Below, in pieces: positions 52,320-64,000 of a stretch of 64,000 nt of DNA. This stretch comes from Psammoneis japonica. Its lineage: Eukaryota. Both the position numbers and the translations under genes were made by a program. How positions within the stretch are numbered: the stretch's first letter is position 1; each line of letters begins with the position of its first letter. The notes beneath the pieces are model-generated. The model had not been told where the DNA came from. It searched no databases and saw only the letters and a program-made list of their open reading frames with translations. Where the stretch lies: positions 248,001 to 312,000 of the forward strand of contig QPGO01000088.1 of the NCBI GenBank assembly GCA_008632985.1. Direction: 5' to 3'.

Positions 52320-52686
52320 TGCAGTGTGCGACTGTCATGCACATGTTTGTGATCACATGTCATTTACATGTCAATCGCACCACAGTCGTGGATGCGCACA
52401 AAGGACAGAACGATCACACAGAGTTGATCGGATGTCAAGAATTGCAAATACGATCGATTGACGATGTTGACATCTTGCGTGTCAATGGCAATCGTATCCG
52501 GACAATCTGTTGTCACAAATGTGTTCTCCGAAAGGCCTTTTGTCTGTAGAAGCAGTGCAGAAGCTTTGGGCCATTGAGAACTCGTTCGGAGAAACCAAAA
52601 ATCACAGAGCAAAATTCAATCTCATAATTTCCACTTTTCGCACACTGTTCTACTTTCGTTTACACTCGTTCTTCGAGCACAGTGCA
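52320..52686 (+). repeat. 3' LTR (367 bp)
   Basis: TG...CA termini; follows the polypurine tract; ungapped match to 47953-48319. Confidence 0.95.
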
Positions 52687-53371
52687 CAGCGCCAGACATT
52701 GAGAAGAGCAGATGCATTTTGTTAATTTTGCAGAGAGACTCTGGAGGTGCTCTTTGCATTGAAGCATTGGCTTCCAGTTTGCTGCAAGCTTTGCATTTCA
52801 TGCTTTTCTGACTCCCAGCCTTGCCTTTTTCTGGTGCTTGTTTTTCAGTTTTTGTGTCTTTGCAGATCCAAAGCTCACACCCAACACCCATCAAAAAGCA
52901 CTCAAGACAAAACTGCTTGAGATTGACAGGATGGAAGCTGGTGAGCAAAACCATTTTCTCAATGCCCTTTGTGTGTGGGATCTTTGTCAGCACACTTCAA
53001 GATCACATCAAGTGCTTTGTGTGCACCAACTGCCATGTGCTGGCAAACCAAGTGGACAGCTTTCATCCCCACCCTGGGCCAGATGTGAAGTGGAAGCTTC
53101 TCTTCTTTGGTGTCTGCACCTTGGCAATGTGGGTTTTCACAAACTTCAAACCCCATCAGCAAACTTGACAAGTGCAGATGAACTCCAGCTGATGCTGTTG
53201 TTGACTTGTCTTGTTGGACTTGGTGCAGCTGGTGATTTTCTTGTGGAGCACTGCTTCCACACTGTTGGTGGCACAACACCACATCCTCATGGTGACTTGG
53301 CATTCCCAGTGAATGAGGTTGCAGCCAAAGCAGCTTGCTGGGCAGCCCAAACTCTTGTTTTGGTTTCTGCA

Positions 53372-53787
53372 TTTGATCTTTGGAAGAAAACCTTGGGCAC
53401 ATGTCAAGTTTCCCAATGCAGTGGTGCTGCCTCCAGAAATCCGTGAGCTTCATCAAACCCATTTGGATCTTTGCGCATGTTTTGGAGGCCATGCCAAAGA
53501 CCTGGCCAAGTTTGTTGCATGGCAAAAGGACAAAATCTGATCAATGCAAGCACTCCAGTGCTGCATTTCTTGAAGGCATGGTTTGATCTTTGAAAGAAAA
53601 TCTGAAAGTGCATGTCAAGTTTCTCAACACAGCAATGCTGCCTCCAGAAACCTGTGAGCTTTGTTGGACTCATTTGGATCTTTGTGCATGTTTTGAAGGT
53701 CATGTCAAAAACTTGGCCAAGTTTGTTGCTGGGTGAGGACAAAATCTGATTGACTCAAGCACTCCAGTGCTGCATTTCTTGAAGGCA
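53372..53787. repeat. Tandem duplication, 2 x ~210 bp
   Basis: TTTGATCTTTG...CAAGCACTCCAGTGCTGCATTTCTTGAAGGCA repeated at 53372 and 53582. Confidence 0.9.
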
Positions 53788-55199
53788 CAAGTGTGCACAT
53801 TTTGCACCCTGATGCTGTGCATTGGTGCCAAGCCTTTTTCTGCCTCTTCTCAACTGCTCAGTCTCTCTTGCCACTTGGTGTCATCCACACAAACAAAGCA
53901 AAGTGAGAGTCCTTTAAGCACACCAACTTGGAAAAGAGGATCCATCTGTTGCAGATGCAAAAGAGGAGGTGAAGTTTCCCCATTGCTTTGCATTGGAGAT
54001 GGCTTGTGTTGCTGAGCAGGCTGGACTGATCACTGCAGAGTGAGGTGTGTGTGTGTTGTGTCATGATCGTGCATTGTGCGTTGCTCTTTTAATTTTTGCA
54101 CTTCATCCACTCACATGCACAGAGACAGAATTGTCATTTCCTCACCATGGCTGTGTGGGGCAAGAAGTGGTGAGTGTGATGGAACTTTGAGATGCTGGTT
54201 TTCAGGCTGTGCAACAGTCTGACATTTTAAATTTTAAAAACATGAGGCAGTGCACTGAATGTGATTTGGGGTTGGAAAGTCACCAAGGGGGATGCTTTAA
54301 AAGGCACAGCAATGCAAGGCTGCCTGCAGGGGCTGAGCAGACATGGCACTCACCAGTCTCACAACAATGTTCTTGAAACAAGGAAGGGGGGGCTGAGTGG
54401 AAAAATTGGCAGTGTTTCTCTTTTGACCATGGCACTCACTGCAGCAGCCATGAGTGCTCTGCTTGCTGCCAGCTTTGTCATTGTAGATCAAGACATGTGG
54501 TGCACTCCTCTTGTGATTGTGTGTCATGCTGCTTTTCTTTTTTCAATTTACCCCACTCACCCCAGCTGCTCTTGCCTTCCTGCCATGCACAGAGACATTG
54601 TGTTTTTGTCTCCTCACCACAGTTGTGGGCAAGAATTGGGCACATGGGTGGCAGAAGTTAAGGTGCTGAGTTTCCAGGTTGCATGGCAATCTGGGCTTTT
54701 CAAGACAAGGTGGTGCACTCACTGCAATTTGGGGTTGAAGGTGCCAAGGAGGGCCTGCTCCTTTGAAAAGCACAGCAGTTGTGCAAGGAAGGGCTCTGAC
54801 TGGGGCTGAGCAGAAGCGGTGCTTGGCCACCAATGATGTTGGCAAAAGAGAAAGCTTCTTGTTAAAGTTGCTTGTGCCAAAGCAGGAGCAAAATGTCAAA
54901 CTTAAACTTGTTGCAGCTTTTGCTGTCATGGGCAAAACAAGGCCATTTTGGACATCAAGTTGCTGTGATGGAGAGAGGCGACATTGACAACAGAGAACTC
55001 ACAGACCATGCTCTGACCCAGGCTTGTGTTGTCATCATGCAAGATGTGCTGCTTGAGAAGCCAAGCTTGTTGCAAAAACATTGATCAAAGAGATCAGAAT
55101 TTTTGTTCGGATGATCAGCTTTACAAGCCTTCCATGAAAAATTGCATGTCACACCTCCAAGTTGAGAAAGCAAGAAAGAGTTCCTGAGACATGTTCTTT

Positions 55200-58100
55200 T
55201 GAAATTGTTTGTTGTGCCACAGCCCTGCTCCCAGCCTGAACATGCTTCTTTGCCATCAAAGGTGGTCATCAGTCTTGATTCAAGATTGGCATGTTGCACC
55301 ATTTCTGTCTCCTTTGCTGGTGCACTGCAAAGTGGCATGCCAAAGTGGAGGCAGCATCTGCCTGGACTTTGATGAAGAGACACCTGTTTCTGTGAGGGCA
55401 GCTGCTGGCAAGGAAGAAGCATGGCATGTTGAAAATTCTGGAGATGAAAGCAACTGCCAACAACAAAGCCTGTCACATCTCCAATGACAGTCACTCATGC
55501 AGATGGCTGCCATCCCAAATGAGCATGCTGCCCCTCCAATGTGCTGCACCTGCTTGACAAGGTGACAAAACCAACTAGTTTGAGGCCACACAAACACCAC
55601 ATCTGAGGGCATTTTGAGTTCATCACATTTGCAATGTTTGCTGCAGCTTTCTGGTTGGCTGCCAATCTGTGTGGACACAGATGGGCCAAGGCTGCTCCAG
55701 CATTGGAACAAGTGCTTTTGCAAGTGTTGCACAACAGATTGCAAGCCAGTGTTTGAGTGAATGCCTCTTTGTTGACAAGAGCCTGGGTGACAAGAGAAAA
55801 TGCCCAAATGACAGGGAGTGCAGTTCTCAGAAGTGCTGCTGCATGTCCCACTGTGGCATTGTTTCCAGCCGGGAGAAGAGCAGCTGCCACAGAGACAATC
55901 ATCATTCTTCCATGTTGGTGGCATGCATCATCAAAAACACCACCCAAAGACCACTTGTCCCCAGAGGAAAAGTCAAGGCAAGCCTGGTCAGCATCCTTTG
56001 CACTTTGTAGAGCATTTTTGTGGCAGAAGAATCTTCTGAAGGATGTTTTGTGGACAGATTCTCTGGCATGAAGAAACAGTCCTCAAACCAAATGATGCAT
56101 CCTTGGAAATGACATCTGACCACACACAAGGATGATGAGCCAGGCAGTGGTGTGGACCCCAGGCAGCTGTCATCCTGAGTAGAGGAAAAGTCAGAGAGCA
56201 GAGTTTCTTTTTGTGTTGGCAGCACATTTCACTCCAACATTTGTTGGCAATTGACTGAAGCCATGTTTCTGCTTTGGCTTCTGTTGTTGTCTGAGCAGCT
56301 CACTCAACATGTGGCATCTGCCACCAACCCTGCTGCTGAGAGAGACAAATTCCTTGCAATGGGGGCAATGCACTCATTTCAGATGAGGACCACACCCAAG
56401 AGGCAGTGGCGCATGCAGTGGGCTCTGCATTGCAGGGCACTTCTTGAGCTTTCAACTCTGGTGTGCTTGTCTCAAATCAACACAATGAGGTACGTCCAAT
56501 GTCAGATGCTGAGCAAGAACATTTGGAAGACAAGCAAGCACCTGTCACTCCCCAGATGATCCCACCCATGAGATGGCATCAGCCATGGTTGTGCCCTTCA
56601 GCATGAGATGATCTTTCTGATGGCAACACTTCTGCTCCACACATCAGCACAACAATGTTGTGGCCAAATCTTTTTGTCTGAACACAAGAACCCCCAATTG
56701 CTGGTGCTGGCGTTGCTCCCATTGTCATTGTGCCAAAGCAGCCCCCTCAGCTGTGAAGTGGTTTGTTCAACAATGACCCCCTTCAAGAGAAAGAGTCATC
56801 TGCAGTGCCTTGGACAAAATGGGATCCTTCCAACCACAAAACTTTTGACCCGAATCAATGCACTGGCACAGCTGAATTTTTGGTTTGAAACAAAAAAATG
56901 AACAAGAGCACGTGCTGGCACAAGACAAGTTGCTCATTGTGGATGCCAGCAGTGCTGTCAGTGCTCCTGCTGTTGTTCCAAGATCATGGTCCTTTGCCTC
57001 AGAAACACTGGGTTGGCTCAACTCTCAACAACTGCGACACCTGCCATTTTCAAGAAACAGCTTTGTGTGGTCAGGGCCAGGGTTTGGGGTTGGAGTTGTG
57101 GGCAGGGAAAGGAGCTTTTGACAAAAGACCAGCTTGTGATGGTGTTTTGAAAGCAGGTGTGGCTGAGCAAGGTTCTGTCATCCAAAAAGCCAATCTTTGA
57201 GATGGCATCAGAGTTGAGAGTCAGCCTGTGTGATGAGCAGGCACCCTTTTCATGGTGCGATCTGTCCTGCTGTTGCAACACACTTGAAAACAGGAGTGTG
57301 ATCATGCTGTTCATTTAAGAGAATGCCACAGCACAGCAGGTGCCAGGGCCAGCAGCAACAAGGAACCAACTGTTGGCACACTTCATTGCTGGAGATGCAT
57401 GATGGTGATTTTTGGAACACTGAGAAACTGAACCACCGCAGCAGCTGTCTTGCTCCAATGGCTGTGTGACAGCACTTCAACACATGAGAAAAATCCAGCT
57501 GACTGGCTAGACTGCAAACAATGTCACAAAAATCAAATCCAGCTTTTGCACTTGCTTGCCATTGAGTGTTGGTCACCCTGTCTCTTGGCACATTAATTTG
57601 TGTGGGCCCAAAATGCTCTGCAGACAATTTTCTGACTTTCCAAAGAACCCTCCTTGTTCTGTTGTCAGTCAAAGGAGATGCTGATTTTTTTCCCACAAGA
57701 GCTGGGTGTCACACCAAGGGGTCACATTGTGCCACATCAATGTCTCTCTGGCAGTCATGCTCAGACCAAGAGGTGTTTTCTTCAGCAATGACTCAGCTGC
57801 TGCAGAGAGTTTCTCTTTCTGTTCCAGAGAGCAGAGAGTGCTCTCACCACAGAGAGGTCCTCTCTCTTGGCAGAGACATGCTGTGCCAGAGGCTGGCCAG
57901 AGACAAGAACAACTCAAGCATGAGATGAAGTCATGGGTTCTCTTCTGCTGATTGCTTTTGGATTTTTTCAGCTTTGCATGAAAAGAATTGTTTTTGGGCA
58001 AACGGACATTTTGACAAAGAAATTGTGGTGTGAGGACATCCTCACGTGCATTTCAAAAATCACAACGCATGAAAAACCACACAACTCATGATGCTTTCAC

Positions 58101-59300
58101 AATCCACAGCATGCAAACAAACAACAAAATGCAATCACTCCACATGCCATTCCAGTGGAATCCATGGGCTGAGCTCTCAAATGAAAAGGAGGACTTCCAA
58201 GGAAGCCAGTGCTCTGCTGATCAAAGTGGAGCTTGAACATGACATGAAGCTCTCAAGAGTTGAAAGAAGTCATCTGAAACATTTCCAATGGCAGCATTTC
58301 ATGCAGGTGACTGCCACTCCAAACAAGCATGAGGATGCCTCCAATGTGCATTTGCTTGGCAAGTCAATGGAGTTGACTGGCTTTGGACCACACACATGAT
58401 CTGGAGGGATTTCAAGACCCTGTCTGTGTTGTCCCAGATGAATTGATGCTGCTCCAGAGTCAGTGCAAGTGCTCTCAATGAAGTCACTTCACAATTGACA
58501 TGAAACAGATTGCCAGCCAATCTTTGAAAGAACACCTCTTTGTTGTCAATGAGTGCTTGGTTTGCAAGAGAAAAAGCCAAATGGCAGGGAGTGCATTGTG
58601 AGAAGCACAATCAAACATCCTGCTGTGGCATTGTTTTCAGTGTTGAAGAGAGTGGTGGCCATGGAAATGACCGTCTTTCTTCAATGTCAGGTCACACACA
58701 TCAAAACCACAGCCCAAGGACCACTTGCACCCCAAGGAAAAGTCAAAGAAACATGCACTCCAAACCCAACCATCCCCTGCACTTCATGGAGCACGGGCAT
58801 TTTGCAAACACATTTTTCATCATGAAGGAAAAATCCTCTCAAGCCAAATCTGCATTCTTCAAAATGATGTCTGACCACACATGAAGATGACCAAGTGAGT
58901 GATGGCATGAGCTGCAGTTTCAGTCCAGAGAGGAGAAGTCAGAGAGCAAGTTGCATCTGTGACATCATCAATTCCAAGATTTTGCAGGAACAATGTGCTG
59001 AGTGCTGTTGCCACTTTACAATCATGGCTTGTTCTGGAGCATCCCATTCAACACACAGAGTCTGCTGACATGATTTCATTCAATGACAATGACCCCACTC
59101 CACAACATCATGAGACAGAGAGGAGCAGGAAGAAGATGAGCACATCCAAGCATGGGATGGTGCTTTTGATGGCAACAATCCCATCATCCACAAGATCAAG
59201 ATGTTGTCCATGTTGGTGCCTTTAGAGCAAGAGATCTCTCTTGACAGAGACAATGAGAGTGCCTTTCAGACCAGCACATTGGTGTGGATGGGTTGTTGGT
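55200..59300 (+). mobile_element. Heavily decayed probable LINE remnants, including a diverged internal duplicate (~55800-56200 vs ~58580-58960)
   Basis: Shared blocks such as GACCACTTG.CCCC..AGGAAAAGTCAA; weak peptides HFMQVTA and ISLDRDNESAFQTS resembling the LINE at 12950-14060. Confidence 0.35.
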
Positions 59301-59639
59301 CAAGACAGAGCAGGCCAAAAAAGAACACGCTCAAGCACCTGCATCCCCCTCCTTGTAGACTGCAGTGCTTCTGTCATTCTGAGGTGGTCCACTCATCTCA
59401 GAGGGGCTCTGGGGAGTGTGCATGTCTCATCTCTGTTGAAGGAAGAACTGTTTGGAGGTCTGCCAGAATCTTGAGCTGGCAAAATGGCGTCATGGGGTGG
59501 TTTGAATGCACGCAGGAAAGAAAAAACATGTGCAAGGAGAAGAGCAGGATTGAGAGATGATGCAGAGTGAAAAAAGCAGTTTCCTCCATGGAAAGGCATC
59601 TGGGCAGATGACAAGCTTCAAAATTGGCAACCTCACTTC

Positions 59640-60360
59640 CAAAGTTTGTTGGACCTTAAAAAGGAATTGGTTGCCATGGAGGCTTCACCAAGCTTCCTGC
59701 TTTTCACATTCAATGCCAAGACCCACTGCTCAAATGTCCCAGCCAACAAAGCCCTTCACAAGTTCACCTCCTGCTTCCAACCACACAGAAATGAACATCA
59801 AGATGTGCCAACAGAGGCTCCCATCAAAGCTCTCTGGATTGTTGTGAAAGACAACATCTTCACATTTGGCGACACAACCTGGCATTGACACAATGCAACC
59901 ACCATGGGCACACCACCTGCTCCCATGTGTGCCACCCTTTGCTGTGCACTTCACAAGGCCACAGTTCTGGAGGAGTCAAGCACTGATCTCCTCCACTGCA
60001 AGCAACTCATGGATGACATTGCCAGAATTTGGCACCTTGCCAACACCACCACCGATGCTGCCCATTGGGGTGCATTTGCCTCCAGACTCAATGACTGCAA
60101 TGTCACTTAGATTGTGAGCTCCGCATCCTGCACAGTGAATTTCATTGACCTCACTGTGGCCCTCCACAGCTCTCATCTCCACATCAATCTTTGTGAAAAA
60201 GAAATGAATTTGCATGTCTTCTGCATGCTGCCACACTCAGCTCACCCACCTGGAGTCCTTGGCGGCCTGATCATGGGAATGCTCTTCCAATTTAAAAATC
60301 TTTGCTCTGACCCCAACAACACAAAAGCAAAAATGAAGCTGTTGCACTGGTGCAAGCCTG
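59640..60360 (+). mobile_element. Penelope-like element reverse transcriptase fragment, decayed
   Basis: LLFTFNAK...IVVKDNIFTFGDTTW...MGTPPAPMCATLCCA...CKQLMDDIARIW...VNFIDLTV...LCEKEMNL...PHSAHPPGVLGGLI matches the PLE RT motif order (GxAMG..AP, RYxDD, FLDL, YxK, SxHP). Confidence 0.85.
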
Positions 60361-61007
60361 CAGACACAAACCCAGCAAACTGCAACCAACATTCCAGAAA
60401 GCACACAATCTGATCTTTGGAAACACAACAAGAGAAGACACACCTGAGCAGAACCCCACTTTTGTCCATGTCCCGAGCCACCCAGATGACCTGCCACATT
60501 GATTGAACTGCAAAAACTTTGGAAACGGAAACAGGCTGTGGCTAACCTTCCCCACTTTCAACCACTTGCCAACCTTTGAAGTCATGCTCTTCAACACATT
60601 GGCCTTGACTGCTTGATTGCATGCACTGCAGCTGCTCACAAAACCTTCTCTCCTGCCACAACCTTTGCATCTCTAATCTCCCCTTGGCTTCATCCTTTTA
60701 GATTGCGTGCAAGGAGGCCACTGAGAGAGAGGGAGAGGAGAGACACACACAGAGAGATGGCAACTTGAGTCCACTCATCTGTCCCTCACCACTTGGATTT
60801 GGATTGTGTTGATGCAACAGCTCACCCACACATCAACAACAACAGCCGGGTGCTGACAAAGCCACCACAAAAGTCTCACTCCTGACTTTGACCAATGTCA
60901 TTGTGCCCGCTGTCTGTCTTGCAGCTTGAACAACCACCCAATCAGTGGCTCCTGAATTGGCCACTTTGTTTGTCAGTCACATTTGATGGATGAATCAGCT
61001 TTGCCCA

Positions 61008-61100
61008 TTTTGTTTGTTTGTTTGTTTGTTTGTTTGTTTGCCAATTCTGTTCATTTGTTTGTTCATTCAAGAGAGAGAGAGAGAGAGGAAGGAGGGGGGG
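61008..61100 (+). repeat. Short (TTTG)n and (GA)n microsatellites
   Basis: Visible directly. Confidence 0.85.
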
Positions 61101-64000
61101 GGTTAGAGAGATGGGGAGCAAAGCATTCAGAAAAAAGAACATTTTGATTTGCAGAGAGGAAGAAGATGAATTTAGAGAAACAGCAAGGCAAAAAGAAGAT
61201 TGAGCTTGGCAAGGGCTGCAGGTGGCGGCAATCTCATTTGATTTTGTTTGCTTTGGCAGCTCAAAATGAATGAATTGAGTTTGGAGATGGTTTTCTCACC
61301 ACACTCTGGCTCCATGAATGTGGGTGGTCAAAATCCTGTTGCTTTTGAAAACAGCAATTGACAAGTTGCAGGTGAGCAGCAACATTCTGCTGAGCATGGA
61401 ATCTTTGTGCTGCCTGCTGCACCAGCTCACACACATCATGCACAACATGCACCTTTACATTTGACAATGCAGGCTCAGCTTTGAGGCTTTGAAAACTCAA
61501 TGACAGATTTTCAACATTCCATCGTTGACCAAAAAGCACTGTTGGCTTTGGACAGTGTGGCATCTGGAGTGTGGACAGATCCAATCATGTTTTTCTGCAT
61601 TGAAGTGCTTGATTGACAATTTTGACACCTTTGCAGAAAGCTTTCTGTGGGGTTTCAAAAAAAAAAACAGCGTGGCCATGTTGGCAAAAGAGAGAGTTTT
61701 GAAGCTGCATGTTCAAGTGCACATGCTGAAAGCTCACACCTTTTGCAATCACAACACAGGTTTTGTCATTTCAGTGCATGGTTGTGCATGGCATGACAAT
61801 GCTCGGAAGCCACAAATTCTTTTAAACAACCAATGTGTCCCTTGTTTTTGAAATGAAGTGCTTGATGATTCAAATGGACTCGTGGGTTGCACATTTTCTG
61901 CTTGGGTTGAAAATGATTTGACCATGTTGGGGGATGCCAGGTGGACAGAGAATTTCAAAGCTGTGTGGTCAAAGGCACTTTGAAAGCTCGCACCTTCTGT
62001 TGCACTTGCAATGCATGGGCTTTGTTTGTTCAGTGTGCAGCCCACCAAGTGCCTGGTGTCTTGAACTCATTTTTCCCCTTCAGATCACATCTTGCTGAGA
62101 TTCACATTGTGTGGCAGCTGCCAAGCCAGGATCTCAACTCCTTGCTCTGCAGCCCAGTCCACTCTGCAGGCAGCCCTTCTCTTTGCCAAACATCGATTGT
62201 CTGTGGCTCTCCAACAGCTTTGCACAAATGCGAGTCAGTGATCTCATTCTGTCATCCTTCCCTGCACAGCACCCTGAATGGACAGTCACTGGGATGCTCC
62301 TCCTTCTCCTCTTTCTTTGCATTGTTGCTCCACTGCTGCCAGCTTGAGGGGTGACAGGTTCCAGTCCCAGGTGGGACTCCGTGTGACATTGGGCCCGCAG
62401 AATTCTGCGTGCGAGCTCCGCAGTGAATTTGTTGCGCAATGAAAATGCAAATGATTGCCAACAGAAAAAGATGCAATTTTACGAACGCATCTCCTCCTCC
62501 ACACTTGCAGCACATCATTGACAGTTTGCCTGGGCATGTTCTTCAGACATTAAAGAACACACCCAGAGCATTTTCATTCTCATGAGTGTTGAAAATGGAA
62601 AGCCTTTGGCTTCGCAAAATGGGGAGCATGAAACAATTTCATAGAACATCACATGCAGAAATCTGCGTGTGCGACATGCCATGCGATCCAAAAAACTCTT
62701 GATGTCACAATGCAGCAGTGCGAGGTCCCACCTGGAGCTGGAACGTGTCGGGTGCCACAGAGCAAATCGAGCCCACAGACTGCCCTCCTTCTTGGATGAG
62801 AGGCTGTGGACTGTGGATTGTCTTGTGACAAAGAGCACCCCCCCCCCCCCTTCATGAGCATCACCACAGCACTCATCAAACAAAGCAGATGATGCCAACA
62901 GCTCACTCACACATTGCAATCAATCTGCTGGCAAGTGCGGAACTGCTTGCTTGTTTTTAGCCCTGTGATGTGCATCGTCGCATCGCAAGTGCACGTTTCC
63001 ACGCGCAGGTTCACTTCGGGCCACTGGGGCCCTGCGCACTGCGCCACTGATGCACTCGCATGCTCACGGTTTGGGTTGTGAATGCTGTGTTCTTCGCGGC
63101 TTGTTGCAGGTCACCGCTGCCCACTGTGGAGGCAGACGGAAAGAACACAACCCTGGGCACAACTGTGCAGGGTCTAGCACTTCTTCTACAGGGTCACCAG
63201 GAAAGCACAGACACCGACTTCCGCTACATCAACCTGCAGCACCCTCCAAGACGCGCAGCTGCGAAGACAACCAAAAAAGAAAACGATCGCGACAATGGCC
63301 TCCCTTGCGTCGCTGACATCTGTGTCTATTTTTGCCGTATTTTCCCGTTTCTTTTCGCAGCATTCGGAGCTTTTATGCAAGCAATGTGATGGGCCAGTGG
63401 TGCTGGCGTTGAGTTCAATCCGTCGAGGCGGATTTGTCGCTGAAGGTGCAGTGCAGAAATTGTGAGAATGCAGCATCAACATGACGGATTTTTGTGATGT
63501 GCTGTTGTGTCTTTGGTGTTGTTTCTCACTTCTTGTCATCATTTTGACGCATGTGCTGTGAGGTGTCCACGGGGCTTGGGTTTTCATGGTGCTGACTTTC
63601 TCTTCGGAGCTTGTCGTTGAATGATCAAAATTGAGCTGCCACTGGAATTTATGGCAAAGAGTTGGCGGCGGTGACATCTCAACATCCCTTGGGCCGATTT
63701 TCGCGATTCTTGTTTCATCATCAATGGAAATTGTACAAGGAATCCAAGAGGCTTGGTTTTGTTGTGCAAAACTCCATTCTGTGCAGATGGATTTATTGGA
63801 TGCCGTGCGCACAGAAATGATGCTTCAATTGGAAGGGGTGCTCCAGCGATGTTGTGGATTGAACAAGGAAGAATGAAGCCCCAGACATGCACTGCATGTA
63901 ACAAGAATGTCAAACATGAATGTCAAACATGGCACGGGGTTTTTTGCGTCAGTTGATCGTGTCGGGTTGCCTTGATTTGACAGAACATTCCACGGCACCA

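Larger units (their letters stand above)
47953..52686 (+). mobile_element. Ty3/Gypsy LTR retrotransposon, non-autonomous/decayed interior, with both LTRs and a 4-bp TSD (CAGC)
   Basis: 367-bp direct repeats; CAGC at 47949-47952 and 52687-52690; purine tract AGGGAGGCGAA before the 3' LTR; remnants of gag (HVFPRIALQNQ), protease (LRVPVDDGTSSTTI), RT (PLPNIQEMLLK, MPWGENEHCGLPM..APDIF), RNase H (KELLSTVKTL..FRNVLFGQQI..TDHK, ANIVAMDAISRL). Confidence 0.93.
46850..64000. repeat. Second block of decayed, nested transposons with TpA depletion
   Basis: Same compositional signature as 2495-20620; contains Gypsy, Penelope-like and probable LINE remnants. Confidence 0.85.

Noticed and set aside
47953..52686. 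Classical fungal RIP (CA->TA) or simple CpG decay as the sole explanation
   Set aside because: RIP would enrich TA and create stops; here TA is lost, Tyr becomes Cys/His, and most CGs survive in both LTRs.
60900..64000. Assignment of the terminal remnants (and 4.3-8.4 kb, 10.3-12.7 kb) to specific transposon families
   Set aside because: No motif I can recognise with confidence; needs profile searches after in-silico TA/CG restoration.

Overview
Eukaryotic nuclear DNA, almost certainly a diatom: plastid-targeted phosphoribulokinase with a bipartite presequence, short GT-AG introns, and diatom-type Copia/Gypsy/Penelope/LINE remnants. The species cannot be fixed from sequence alone. Two compartments alternate. 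Ordinary gene blocks (1-~2.4 kb, ~20.7-46.8 kb) hold two tandem PRK genes, a poly-SIM-like repeat protein, a UBX protein, an Asp/Asn beta-hydroxylase-like protein, a small Tim, Vps18, a TPLATE/adaptin-like protein, a UBM-motif basic protein, a PPK2-domain protein, a 2OG-Fe(II) oxygenase and a MYND-finger protein. Repeat blocks (~2.5-20.6 kb, ~26.7-27.7 kb, ~46.85-64 kb) are almost devoid of TpA, and in older parts also CpG, and are flooded with TpG/CpA. Main discovery: the transposons appear to have been hit by a targeted TpA->TpG/CpA (A:T->G:C) hypermutation process, the mirror image of fungal RIP. Support: (i) the two 367-bp LTRs of one Gypsy insertion differ at 19 sites, 16 of them TA/CA/TG swaps; (ii) conserved Tyr codons are systematically converted to Cys/His in three unrelated retroelements. 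Host genes, including internal duplications, are spared. All counts were made by eye.
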